64,000 bases of DNA, from the NCBI GenBank assembly GCA_938028765.1, contig CALIZF010000020.1, positions 8,112 to 72,111 on the forward strand. Reading direction: 5' to 3'. A program made the translations under genes and the position numbers. This stretch comes from an uncultured Rhodobacteraceae bacterium (GTDB lineage: Bacteria > Pseudomonadota > Alphaproteobacteria > Rhodobacterales > Rhodobacteraceae). Positions 1 to 8,721 of this stretch are shown piece after piece. The notes under the pieces are model-generated. The model was not told the DNA's origin. It did no database searches and saw only the letters and a list, made by a program, of their open reading frames with translations. The first letter of the stretch is position 1, and every line of letters begins with the position of its first letter.

Positions 1-66
1 CGAAGCGGGGCTTCGGGGCGTTATCGTCGGTCACGGGCGGGCCTCGCTCTGGCGTCGTGGGCCGCG

Positions 67-789
67 TTGGCTTATCGCTGCCCCCGGCCAGCGTCAACGG
101 AGCCGCCCGTGCAAAGCCTGATCCAGCCCCCCCTGAACCCGCTGCCGCCCATCGTCTGGATGCTGGCGCTGCCGATCGTGGCGATGGAGGTCGTGCTGGC
201 GCTTGGGTCGGCCGGCCTTGCCGGCGGGCCCGAAGCGATCGGCTGGCGACTTCAGGCGCTGGAACGCTTCGCCTTCTCGCCGCGGATCCTCGTGTGGATG
301 TGGGAAACCGGTCGTTGGCCGCCGGATCAGGCCATCCGCATCCTGGCCTATCCCTTCGTCCACGGCAGCCTGATGCACGCGGTGTTCGTGCTCGTGTTCC
401 TTCTCGCACTCGGCAAGATGACGGGCGAGGTTTTCCGCTGGTGGGGCGTGCTTCTGGTATTCTTCGGGGCCGCCGCGACCGGGGCGCTGGTCTATACCGC
501 GGTCGGCGTGCAGGCGCCGCTGATCGGCGGGTATCCGGCGGTCTACGGCCTGATCGGGGGCTTCACCTTCCTGATGTGGCTGCGGCTCGCCGCGGCCGGG
601 GCGAACCGGCTGCGGGCGTTCAGCCTGATCGGCCTTCTGCTGTCGGTGCAGCTCGTTTTCTCGCTGCTGTTCGGGGGCGGCCAGGAATGGATCGCCGATG
701 TCGCGGGCTTTGCGGCGGGATTCCTTCTGTCCTTCCTCGCGGTCCCTGGCGGCGTGGGCAAGGTGATCGCGCTGTTGCGGATGCGCTGA
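67..789 (+). CDS. rhomboid family intramembrane serine protease
   Basis: Polytopic membrane ORF with a rhomboid-like HxxxxHxxxN-type segment (FVHGSLMHAVFVLVF) and GGYPAVYGLIGG at the catalytic-serine motif position (Ser not obvious, possibly degenerate). Start uncertain (TTG 67 or GTG 109). Confidence 0.65.
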   Translation: MAYRCPRPASTEPPVQSLIQPPLNPLPPIVWMLALPIVAMEVVLALGSAGLAGGPEAIGWRLQALERFAFSPRILVWMWETGRWPPDQAIRILAYPFVHGSLMHAVFVLVFLLALGKMTGEVFRWWGVLLVFFGAAATGALVYTAVGVQAPLIGGYPAVYGLIGGFTFLMWLRLAAAGANRLRAFSLIGLLLSVQLVFSLLFGGGQEWIADVAGFAAGFLLSFLAVPGGVGKVIALLRMR

Positions 790-1303
790 GGGTGGGCACC
801 TCCGCATCGAGGGCGGCTTGTTGTCCGGCATGACCGTCGTGCAACCAGCCGGACGGGCGCGCAGGCCGCCTCTGCCGCAACCTCGGGGAGTTCCATGTCC
901 GGGATCACCCGTCAACCGGTGGCCGCGAACGGCCCGCGGCCGCAGATCGCCGAGGCCGCCCCCGACCATCGCGCCGCGGCGCCCGGCCGGGCGGGCTTTG
1001 CCGCCGCGCCGAACGGCTCCCGCGCCGCCGACCCGACCCCGAGCGGGATGACGCCACGGCGCGGCGGGGCGCGGATCACCCTGCCCGCGGGCTTCATCGC
1101 GCGCGATCGCGGTGTGGGGTGGTGGAGGCGAACCCCGACATCCTCGCGAGCTTCCCGGCCGAGGTGCCGGACCTGCGCGCCGGCGTCATCCTGCCCGGCG
1201 GCGGCCGCTCGACCCAGCAGGAACGGGCCGACCGGACGAACCGCCTTCTGCTGGCTTTCCTCGCCGACGTGACCGCCGACGGGGTGACGGGCCACCAGGC
1301 AGC

Positions 1304-2194
1304 TCAGGGTACCGGGGCCACGCGCTTGAGGTAGGCGGCCACGGCCGCGCGGTCGGCGGCGGGCAGGCGGGCGAAGTTTTCCACCACCGCCGCCATGTGG
1401 CCGCCCACCACGTCGAAATCGGGGGTGAATCCGGTTTCGAGATAGGCCGCGATCTCGGCCTCCGACCAGGTCAGTGCGGCGGGCGTAATGTTGGGGATCC
1501 GTCCCTCGCCTGCCGGGTTCGGCGCGCCGGCCAGCCAGCGGTCGCGGACGAGCCCGCCGAGGACGTCCCGCGGCGTGTGGCATTCGCCGCAATGGCCGAG
1601 CGCCTCGACAAGGTAGCGGCCGCGTGCCTCGGCCTCGGTCAGGTCGCCCGCCACGACCGGCGCGGGATCGAGGTAACGCCGTTTCCACAGCCCAACCGCC
1701 CGCCGGATCGAGAAGGGGAAGGCCAGGGCGTGCGGACGCGAGGGCGTGACATCGGGCGGCAGCGTCATGAGGAAGGCGTGCAGGTCGGCCACGTCCTGCA
1801 GCTGCATCCGGGTATAGGCGGCATAGGGGAAGGCGGGGTAGTAGTGCCGACCATCGGGCGCGGTGCCGGTCAGCAGCGCGTTTCCGAGGTCGGCCACCGT
1901 CCAGCCGCCGATGCCTGCCGCCGGATCGGGCGAGATGTTCGGCGCGGCGAAGGTGCCGAAGGGGCTGGCGAAGGTCTGCCCGCCGGCGAGGACCAGCTTC
2001 GCCTCGCCCCTGGCCCCCGGCGCATGGTGGCACGAGGCGCAGCCGGCGGCGTGGAACACCGCCTCGCCCCGCGCCGCGTCGCCCGTCAGCCCGGCGAAGG
2101 TGCCCGCCGCATAGGGCCGCGGGGCCGAGGCCACCCAGAGGACCGCCGCCACGACGGCGGCGGCGGACACGAGAAGGACAAGCAGGCGGCGCAT
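1304..2194 (-). CDS. dihaem c-type cytochrome (membrane-anchored or periplasmic)
   Basis: Two CxxCH motifs (CASCH, CGECH). N-terminal hydrophobic signal/anchor MRRLLVLLVSAAAVVAAV. ATG at 2194 preceded by GGAGAAGG; the track ORF extending to 2368 is upstream read-through. Confidence 0.85.
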   Translation of the reverse strand: MRRLLVLLVSAAAVVAAVLWVASAPRPYAAGTFAGLTGDAARGEAVFHAAGCASCHHAPGARGEAKLVLAGGQTFASPFGTFAAPNISPDPAAGIGGWTVADLGNALLTGTAPDGRHYYPAFPYAAYTRMQLQDVADLHAFLMTLPPDVTPSRPHALAFPFSIRRAVGLWKRRYLDPAPVVAGDLTEAEARGRYLVEALGHCGECHTPRDVLGGLVRDRWLAGAPNPAGEGRIPNITPAALTWSEAEIAAYLETGFTPDFDVVGGHMAAVVENFARLPAADRAAVAAYLKRVAPVP

Positions 2195-2349
2195 CGGGCC
2201 TTCTCCCTGAGGGTCGCGGCAGGGGCGCCGCGCCGGCAGAGGATGCCGCACGGCAGCGGCTGCGGACAACCCTGCGACCGCGCACGGGCGCGTGAAGCCG
2301 TCGCGCGCGGTCCCTTGGCAGGCGGGCCCCGAGCGTTCATATCCTGCGC

Positions 2350-3126
2350 ATGACCGACGCGCCCGCACCCGGCGAAGCCGAGCCCTGCCGCCGCCTCTAC
2401 CGCATTACCGGGGCGGACCGGGAATCGTTCCTGCAAGGCCTGATCACGAACGATGCGCGCCGGATCGCGGCTGGGCCGGTCTATGCCGCGCTGCTGACGC
2501 CGCAGGGCAAGTATCTGGCCGATTTCATCGTCGTCCCCGCCGGCGACGCCTGGGTTCTCGATATCCACGAGGCGGTGGCCGAGGCGACGGTCAAGCGGCT
2601 GATGCTCTACCGCCTGCGCGCGGATGTCGCCATCGCCGCGGCCGAAGGGCTGCACCTGCACCGCGGCACCGGCGCCCCGCCCCCCGACGGCTGGGCGGAT
2701 CCGCGGCATCCCGCGCTCGGCTGGCGGGCTTACCGCGCGGTGCCGCCGGGGCCGGCCGCGACCGACTGGACCGCGATCCGCGTCGCCAACCTGATCCCCG
2801 AGACCGGGATCGAGCTGATCCCGGGCGAGGGCTACATCCTCGAAGCAGGGTTCGAGCGGCTGAACGGGGTCGATTTCCGCAAGGGCTGCTACGTCGGGCA
2901 GGAGGTGACCGCGCGGATGAAGCACAAGACCGACCTGCGCAAGGGCCTTGCCGCCGTGGCCGTCGCGGGGGCCGCGCCGCCGCCCGGAACGCCGATCCTG
3001 ACCGCGGACGGGCGCGAGGCAGGGGTTCTGCACAGCCGGGCCGGCGACCGGGCGATCGCCTTCCTGCGGTTCGACCGCGCGCAGGGCGCGCTGGCCGCCG
3101 GCGATGCCGTGGTGACACTGGCCTGA
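2350..3126 (+). CDS. ygfZ: YgfZ/CAF17 folate-binding Fe-S cluster repair protein
   Basis: GcvT-like fold. Diagnostic KGCYxGQE motif present as FRKGCYVGQEVTARM. Length 258 aa. Confidence 0.85.
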   Translation: MTDAPAPGEAEPCRRLYRITGADRESFLQGLITNDARRIAAGPVYAALLTPQGKYLADFIVVPAGDAWVLDIHEAVAEATVKRLMLYRLRADVAIAAAEGLHLHRGTGAPPPDGWADPRHPALGWRAYRAVPPGPAATDWTAIRVANLIPETGIELIPGEGYILEAGFERLNGVDFRKGCYVGQEVTARMKHKTDLRKGLAAVAVAGAAPPPGTPILTADGREAGVLHSRAGDRAIAFLRFDRAQGALAAGDAVVTLA

Positions 3127-3133
3127 GGGTGCC

Positions 3134-3832
3134 TCACGCCGGACGGCGGGCGCGGACATGCCAGCCGAAGGTCTGCAGTTCGGACGACCGCCGCGCGTCC
3201 CGCGGGCCGTCGAGTGCAGCCAGGCCCAGCATCGCCAGCCGCGCTGTCTGGGCGAGAAGGAACGACACCGGGTCGAGCGGCCATCGCGAATATCGCCCGC
3301 GCACCTGAGCGGTGCGGCCCAGTTCCTGCGCCATCGCGTCGAACCAGCCGCCGTTCGGCGTCATCTCCTCGACGACCAGGCCCGCGCGGGTCAGGTGCCA
3401 GTCGTAGAAGTGCCGCGACAGGCCTGTGGCGTAGTGGTAGGGCGCGAAATGCGTCAGCGAGTTGAAAGGTGCCGTGACAATCACCTGCCCGCCCGGCGCC
3501 ACGAGGCGGGTGAGCTTCGCCAGCGCGGCGGCGGGGTCGGGCACGTGCTCGAGCACCTCGGTGCACAGGACGGTGTGCCAGGGGCGGTCCTCGGGGATGT
3601 CCAGCAGGTCGCAGACGAGGTCGATCTGCGCAAAGCTCCACGCCCCCGTCTGCAGGCCCCGCCCGTCGCCCTTGCCGTCGTATTGCGCGATGTCCTGCGC
3701 CGTATAGTCGAGGTGCGCGCAGAATGGCTTGAACTGGCATTCCCCCGCGCCGACGTCGAGGATGCGCGTGCCCGCGGGCAGGGCGGCCAGCGTGCGCTTC
3801 AGCCAGGCGCGGCGGAAGGATTCGTTGTCCAT
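3134..3832 (-). CDS. class I SAM-dependent methyltransferase
   Basis: SAM motif I ILDVGAGECQ plus VLCTEVLEHVPDP and PGGQVIVTAP (Methyltransf_11/23-like). ATG at 3832 overlaps the upstream gene's stop as ATGA. The N-terminal 198 aa of the track ORF (to 4426) is read-through over the neighbour. Confidence 0.8.
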   Translation of the reverse strand: MDNESFRRAWLKRTLAALPAGTRILDVGAGECQFKPFCAHLDYTAQDIAQYDGKGDGRGLQTGAWSFAQIDLVCDLLDIPEDRPWHTVLCTEVLEHVPDPAAALAKLTRLVAPGGQVIVTAPFNSLTHFAPYHYATGLSRHFYDWHLTRAGLVVEEMTPNGGWFDAMAQELGRTAQVRGRYSRWPLDPVSFLLAQTARLAMLGLAALDGPRDARRSSELQTFGWHVRARRPA

Positions 3833-4608
3833 CAGTCGCCCCGGAACAGCGCGGGCCGCTTGTCGCGGAACGCGGCGAGGCCTTCGACGAAATCTGCGCT
3901 GCGGCCGCGCCCGCCCTGCAGCCGAGCCTCGAGCGCAAGCTGCGCGTCGAGGTCGTTGGTCCAGCTGGCGCACAGCGCCGCCCGCATCGCGCGGTAGGCC
4001 CCGGTCGGGCCGGCGGCCAGCGCCGCGGCCCGCGCGGCGACCGCTTCGGCGAAGACGTCGTCGGGCACCGCTTCCCAGATCATGCCCCAGTCGGCCGCCT
4101 GCCGCGCCGGAATGCGCTCGGCCAGCATCATCGCGCCGGCAGCACGCGCGTGGCCCACCCGGCGCGGCAGCGTCCAGGTCGCGCCGGCATCGGGGATCAG
4201 GCCGATCCTGGCAAAGGCCATCAGGAAATAGGCGCTCTCCGCAGCCACTACGATGTCGCAGGCCAGCGCCAGCGAGGCGCCCGCACCCGCCGCCGCGCCG
4301 TTCACCGCCGCCAGCACCGGCACCGGGCAGTCGGCGATCGCGCGCACCAGGGGCGCATAGTCCTCGGTCAGCGACTGCTCGAGGTCGAACGCGGTTCCCG
4401 GCGCGCGGTCGCCCAGATCCTGCCAAGAGCAGAAGGCGCGCCCCGTCCCGGTCAGCACCACGGCGCGCGTTCCAGCCGGCAGGCCGGTCAGCGCCGCGCG
4501 CAGGCCGGCCCGCATCGCGGTGTCGAGGGCGTTCATTACCGCGGGTCGGTTCATGGTGATCGTGACGACGCCCGCAGCCTCGGTCACGGTGATCGTCTGG
4601 TAGTCCAC
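3832..4608 (-). CDS. enoyl-CoA hydratase/isomerase (crotonase) family protein, PaaG-like
   Basis: Crotonase fold. From memory it closely parallels E. coli PaaG (FCSWQDLGDR, AVNGAAAGAGASLALACD, GMIWEAVPDD, C-terminal GRSADFVEGLAAFRDKRPALFRGD). GTG start at 4608 preceded by GGAGGGG. Confidence 0.85.
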   Translation of the reverse strand: MDYQTITVTEAAGVVTITMNRPAVMNALDTAMRAGLRAALTGLPAGTRAVVLTGTGRAFCSWQDLGDRAPGTAFDLEQSLTEDYAPLVRAIADCPVPVLAAVNGAAAGAGASLALACDIVVAAESAYFLMAFARIGLIPDAGATWTLPRRVGHARAAGAMMLAERIPARQAADWGMIWEAVPDDVFAEAVAARAAALAAGPTGAYRAMRAALCASWTNDLDAQLALEARLQGGRGRSADFVEGLAAFRDKRPALFRGD

Positions 4609-4673
4609 AAGGCCCCTCCGCTCGCGCGACGCAGCATAGGGGCTCGGACGGCGGGTGGAAGGGGGGGCGCGCG

Positions 4674-5150
4674 TCAGTCCTTCAGGATCTCGGCCAGCCG
4701 CGCCCGTTCGGCGGCGTCGAGCGGCGGGGTTGGGTCAGCCGCCGCCCGGCGGCGGCGAACATAGGCCCCGGCGAGGGCAAGCCCGCCCGCCAGCATCGCC
4801 GGCCCGGCGACCCACAGGATCAGGTTCGTGCCGTCCGCGGTCGGCCGCAACAGGACATATTCGCCGAAGCCTGCGAAGGTGTCGTCGCCGTGCACGATAT
4901 AGGCGAATACCTCTTCGTCGGTATCCCCGGCCAGGATCCGCTCGCGGACCAGAAGGCGCAGATCCCGCGCCAGGGGTGCGTTCGATTCGTCGATCGATTC
5001 GTTGCGGCAGACGAGGCAGCGCAGGTTTTCCGAGATCGCGCGCGCCCGCGCTTCCAGCGCGGGGTCGGCCAGCATCTCGTCCGGCTGGACCGCTGCCGCA
5101 GGCAGGGCGGCGACGGCAAGCGCCAGCGCTGCGACCGCGGCGCGGATCAT
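4674..5150 (-). CDS. ccmH: cytochrome c-type biogenesis protein CcmH (CycL)
   Basis: Signal peptide, LRCLVCRNESIDESNAPLARDLR (LRCxxC motif) and a C-terminal TM segment. ATG at 5150 overlaps the ccmF stop (ATGA). Confidence 0.85.
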   Translation of the reverse strand: MIRAAVAALALAVAALPAAAVQPDEMLADPALEARARAISENLRCLVCRNESIDESNAPLARDLRLLVRERILAGDTDEEVFAYIVHGDDTFAGFGEYVLLRPTADGTNLILWVAGPAMLAGGLALAGAYVRRRRAAADPTPPLDAAERARLAEILKD

Positions 5151-7117
5151 TCCGCAGGCGCCATCGCCCGATGCGCCCGCCGCGCCCCGGCCGCGATGCG
5201 GTATCGCCGGTCGGACAGGCTGACGACGCCGCCGAGCGCCATGATGATGCACCCCGCCCAGAGCCAGCTGGCGAAGGGCTTGATGTAGCTGCGCACGGCA
5301 AAGCCGCCCCCCTCCTGCGGGTCGCCCAGCACGAGGTAGACGTCGCGCCAGAACCCGTAGTCGATCCCCGCCTCGGTCGTCGGCATGCCGGCGACCGGGT
5401 AGATGCGCTTTTCCGGGTTCAGCACGAAGTCCTGTCGGCCGCGCTGCACGCGCATGTCGGCCATGGTCGAGATGTAGTTCGGCCCTTCGACCCGGCGCAC
5501 GTCCTGCAGCGTGACGGTGTAGCCGCCTACATCGAAGCTGTCGCCGACGCGGGCCACCCGGATGTCCTCGGTCTGCCAGGCGAGATGGCCCGCAATGGCG
5601 AAGATCGTCAGCCCGAGCCCCGCATGCGCCACCGCCTTGCCCCAATCGGCCCGCGGCAACCGCGCGAGCCGCCGCAGCCGCGATCCCAGGCCCTCGCGCC
5701 CGGTCCGCAGCCAGAGGTCCGAACCCGCCCCGAGGATCACCCAGAGGCCGAGCGCCAGCCCGACCGGCCCGAGGGCCGATCGCCCGGTCTGCATCGCCCA
5801 GACCAGCACCCCCGCGGCCGCCGCGAGCACCGCCAGCCCGCGAAGCGGCCGGAACGTTCGCGCGGCGTCCCCCCGCTTCCACGGCAGCATCGACCCGAAC
5901 GGCAGCAGAAGCGCCAGCGCAATCGCGAAGGGCGTGAATGCCATGTCGAAGAATGGCGGGCCGACCGACAGCTTGCGCGCCCACAGCAGCTCGGCCAACA
6001 GCGGCCAGATTGTGCCGACGAAAACGACGAAGCACGACACCGTGAGCAGGACGTTGTTGAGCACGAGGGCCGATTCCCGGCTCACCGTGGCGAAGATCCC
6101 TTTCGCCTCCAGCGCGCCCGCGCGCGCGGCGAAGAGCATCAGCGCGCCGCCTGTGAAGAGCGCGAAGATCATCAGGACGAACACGCCCCGTTCGGGGTCG
6201 TTGGCGAAGGCGTGGACCGAGGTGATGATTCCCGACCGCACGATGAAGGTTCCGATCAGGCTGAACCCGAAGGCCATGATCGCCAGAAGGATCGTCCAAG
6301 CCTTCAGCGCCTCGCGCTTTTCCACTACGATCGCCGAATGCAGCAGCGCCGCGGCGATCAGCCAGGGCATGAAGCTTGCGTTCTCGACCGGGTCCCAGAA
6401 CCAGAACCCTCCCCACCCGAGTTCGTAATAGGCCCACCAGGACCCGAGCGCGATGCCGATCGTCAGGAACACCCAGGCCGCCAGCGTCCAGGGCCGCACC
6501 CACCGGCCCCAGGCGGCATCGACGCGGCCCTCGATCAGCGCCGCGACGGCGAAGGAGAACGCCATCGAGAGACCGACATAGCCGAGGTAGAGGAAGGGCG
6601 GATGGAAGGCGAGGCCGGGGTCCTGCAACAGCGGGTTGAGGTCGCGCCCGTCCATCGGCGGGATTTCGAGCCGCAGGAACGGATTCGAGGTCAACAGCAT
6701 GAAGAGAAGGAACGCAACCCCGATCGAGCCCTGCACCGCCAGCACGCGCGCCTTCAGCGTCGCAGGCAGGTTGCCCCCGAACCAGGCCGCACAGGCCCCG
6801 AAGAGCGCGAGGATCAGCACCCAGAGCAAGAGCGAGCCTTCGTGGTTCCCCCAGACGCCCGAAACCTTGTAAAGCATCGGCTTGAGCGTGTGGGAATTCT
6901 GCACGACGAGGCGCAGCGAGAAGTCCGACACCACGAAGGCCCAAGTCAGTGCCGCGAAGGCGAAGCCGATCAGCAGCAGCTGCGCCGTGGCCGCCGGCTC
7001 GGCCACCGCCATCCAGCCCCGCCAGCGGTAATGCGCGCCGATCAGCGGCACGACGGTCTGCACCAGCGCCACCGCCAGTGCGAGGGTGAGGGCGAAGTGT
7101 CCAAGCTCGACGATCAT
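5147..7117 (-). CDS. ccmF: cytochrome c haem lyase subunit CcmF
   Basis: 656 aa polytopic protein with the tryptophan-rich WWD-type motif (WGGFWFWDPVENASFMPW). Immediately upstream of ccmH. Confidence 0.95.
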   Translation of the reverse strand: MIVELGHFALTLALAVALVQTVVPLIGAHYRWRGWMAVAEPAATAQLLLIGFAFAALTWAFVVSDFSLRLVVQNSHTLKPMLYKVSGVWGNHEGSLLLWVLILALFGACAAWFGGNLPATLKARVLAVQGSIGVAFLLFMLLTSNPFLRLEIPPMDGRDLNPLLQDPGLAFHPPFLYLGYVGLSMAFSFAVAALIEGRVDAAWGRWVRPWTLAAWVFLTIGIALGSWWAYYELGWGGFWFWDPVENASFMPWLIAAALLHSAIVVEKREALKAWTILLAIMAFGFSLIGTFIVRSGIITSVHAFANDPERGVFVLMIFALFTGGALMLFAARAGALEAKGIFATVSRESALVLNNVLLTVSCFVVFVGTIWPLLAELLWARKLSVGPPFFDMAFTPFAIALALLLPFGSMLPWKRGDAARTFRPLRGLAVLAAAAGVLVWAMQTGRSALGPVGLALGLWVILGAGSDLWLRTGREGLGSRLRRLARLPRADWGKAVAHAGLGLTIFAIAGHLAWQTEDIRVARVGDSFDVGGYTVTLQDVRRVEGPNYISTMADMRVQRGRQDFVLNPEKRIYPVAGMPTTEAGIDYGFWRDVYLVLGDPQEGGGFAVRSYIKPFASWLWAGCIIMALGGVVSLSDRRYRIAAGARRAHRAMAPAE

Positions 7118-7329
7118 GCGTCACACGATAGTCGTCCGCCGCGCCGCCGCCAATTCCCTGCGCCGCCGTGCCGCGGTCACACCTGCGTCACGCCGATGCG
7201 GCACGTCGCCTGCGACCGGCCCAAACGACCGACGCAGCGACCGTGCGGGGCAAGTCGGCCGGCCTGCGGCCCTCGGCCCGCGCGGGCGCGTGGTCGCCCG
7301 GGGCACGCGGCAGGGGCGGCGCGGTCCGG

Positions 7330-7794
7330 TCAGCCGCGCGGGGACGGGCCGTACAGCGCGACGGCGCGCGCCTCGAAGGCGCGGACGATCCGCAGCATCG
7401 CGTCGTTGAACACGACACCGATGACCCCCTGCAGGATGGCGTTGCGGAACTCGAAATCGACCCAGAAATCGACCGTGCAGCCGCCGCCCGCGTTCTCGCG
7501 GAACGCCCAGGCCGACCGCATGTGGCGGAACGGGCCGTCGATGTATTCGGTCTCGATCCGCCGCGCGTCGGGGCGCAGCACGACGCGGCTGCCGAACCTC
7601 TCGCGGAAGACCTTGAACGAGACGACGAGGTCGGCCTCCATCAGCTCGGCGCCGTCGCCCAGGGGGCGGCGGCTGCGGATGCGGGCGGCCGCGCACCAGG
7701 GCAGGAACTCGGGATAGCGCGCCACGTCAGCCACCAGCGCATACATCTGGTCGGCCGACCAGGTCAGGCTGCGGGTTTCGCGGTGTTGCGGCAT
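7330..7794 (-). CDS. SRPBCC family protein (RatA / COQ10-like ubiquinone-binding)
   Basis: Polyketide_cyc2/START-like sequence (YPEFLPWC, FRHMRSAWAF). Start taken at the internal MPQHRETR (7794); the track ORF starts at 7845. Confidence 0.75.
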   Translation of the reverse strand: MPQHRETRSLTWSADQMYALVADVARYPEFLPWCAAARIRSRRPLGDGAELMEADLVVSFKVFRERFGSRVVLRPDARRIETEYIDGPFRHMRSAWAFRENAGGGCTVDFWVDFEFRNAILQGVIGVVFNDAMLRIVRAFEARAVALYGPSPRG

Positions 7795-7886
7795 CGTCCC
7801 CTTCCGGCCCGGGCGTGTGTCAGACCCGTGACTCGGACGCGCCAATTGGCTAGACGGGGCAGGAAATCAAGGGGGCGGCCCGTCGC

Positions 7887-8429
7887 ATGAAACCCTATGT
7901 CATCGACCAGATGATCTCGGCCAAGTCCATCGCCGCACGGGTCGAGGCGCTGGCGCGCGAGATCACGGCGCATTTCGCAGGCACCGACAAGCTGGTAGTG
8001 GTGGGTCTTCTGCGCGGGTCGTTCGTGTTCATCGCCGACCTCGTGCGCGAGATCGACCTGCCGCTGGAGGTCGATTTCCTCGAGGCGTCCTCCTACGGCA
8101 ATGCCACAGAGTCGAGCCGCGAGGTCCGCATCCTCAAGGACCTGCGGGGCGAGATCGCGGGGCGCGACGTGCTGGTGGTCGAGGACATCGTGGACACCGG
8201 CCACACGCTGCGCCATGTGCTGACGCTGCTGGCGGCGCGGGGGCCGAAACGGCTCGAATCCTGCGCGCTGCTCGACAAGCCGTCGCGGCGCGAGGCGGAT
8301 GTGCGCGCAACCTGGGTCGGCTTCACCATCCCGGACGAATTCGTCGTGGGCTACGGGATCGACTTCGCGCAGCGCAACCGCAACCTGCCCTACATCGGAA
8401 AGGTGCGCTTCATCGATGCCGGTGCCTGA
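7887..8429 (+). CDS. hpt: hypoxanthine phosphoribosyltransferase
   Basis: PRPP-binding motif [14 protein letters not shown]. Length 180 aa, with Hpt-type ends ([29 protein letters not shown]). Confidence 0.95.
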   Translation: MKPYVIDQMISAKSIAARVEALAREITAHFAGTDKLVVVGLLRGSFVFIADLVREIDLPLEVDFLEASSYGNATESSREVRILKDLRGEIAGRDVLVVEDIVDTGHTLRHVLTLLAARGPKRLESCALLDKPSRREADVRATWVGFTIPDEFVVGYGIDFAQRNRNLPYIGKVRFIDAGA

Positions 8430-8492
8430 CCCTTCCCCGGCCGCCCAGGCGTTCCCACATCGCGGCAGAGGCTCGGGCAGGGAGGGCGGCGG

Positions 8493-8672
8493 ATGAACCC
8501 GATGTGGCTGATGCGGATGGCCCGGTGGGCGCGCAACCCGCCGTCGATGCGGCAGGTGCGGGGCCTTCTGGCGATCCTGGCGGTCTGCCTTGCGCTGGTC
8601 GGGATCGAGGCCCTGGGCCTCTGGCCGGACTGGGCGACCGTGCAGGGCGGCGGCCGCCCGCTGAAGCCGTGA
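8493..8672 (+). CDS. small membrane protein (59 aa), hypothetical
   Basis: Not in the track (<60 aa). ATG preceded by GGGAGGG. G/C at nearly every third codon position. One TM helix (GLLAILAVCLALVGIEALGLW) after a basic N-terminus. Confidence 0.5.
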   Translation: MNPMWLMRMARWARNPPSMRQVRGLLAILAVCLALVGIEALGLWPDWATVQGGGRPLKP

Positions 8673-8721
8673 CGGTGGGCGCAGGGCGAGCCTGCGCGTG
8701 CCGCGACGGCGCGGCCGGCCG

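Noticed and set aside
4655-7717. 1020-aa plus-strand ORF antisense to ccmH-ccmF. Similar giants occur at 48646-52533 (1295 aa), 15092-17974 (960 aa), 44636-47215 (859 aa) and 33798-36062 (754 aa).
   Set aside because: Their composition is extreme Arg/Pro/Gly/Ala/Asp low-complexity. Each lies exactly antisense to a gene with unmistakable family motifs. Stop codons are rare in off-frames of very GC-rich DNA, so these are artefacts rather than overlapping genes.
8251-8262. tRNA T-arm-like GGCTCGAATCC.
   Set aside because: It lies inside the well-supported hpt coding frame, with no flanking acceptor or anticodon stems. No tRNA or rRNA was recognised anywhere in the window.
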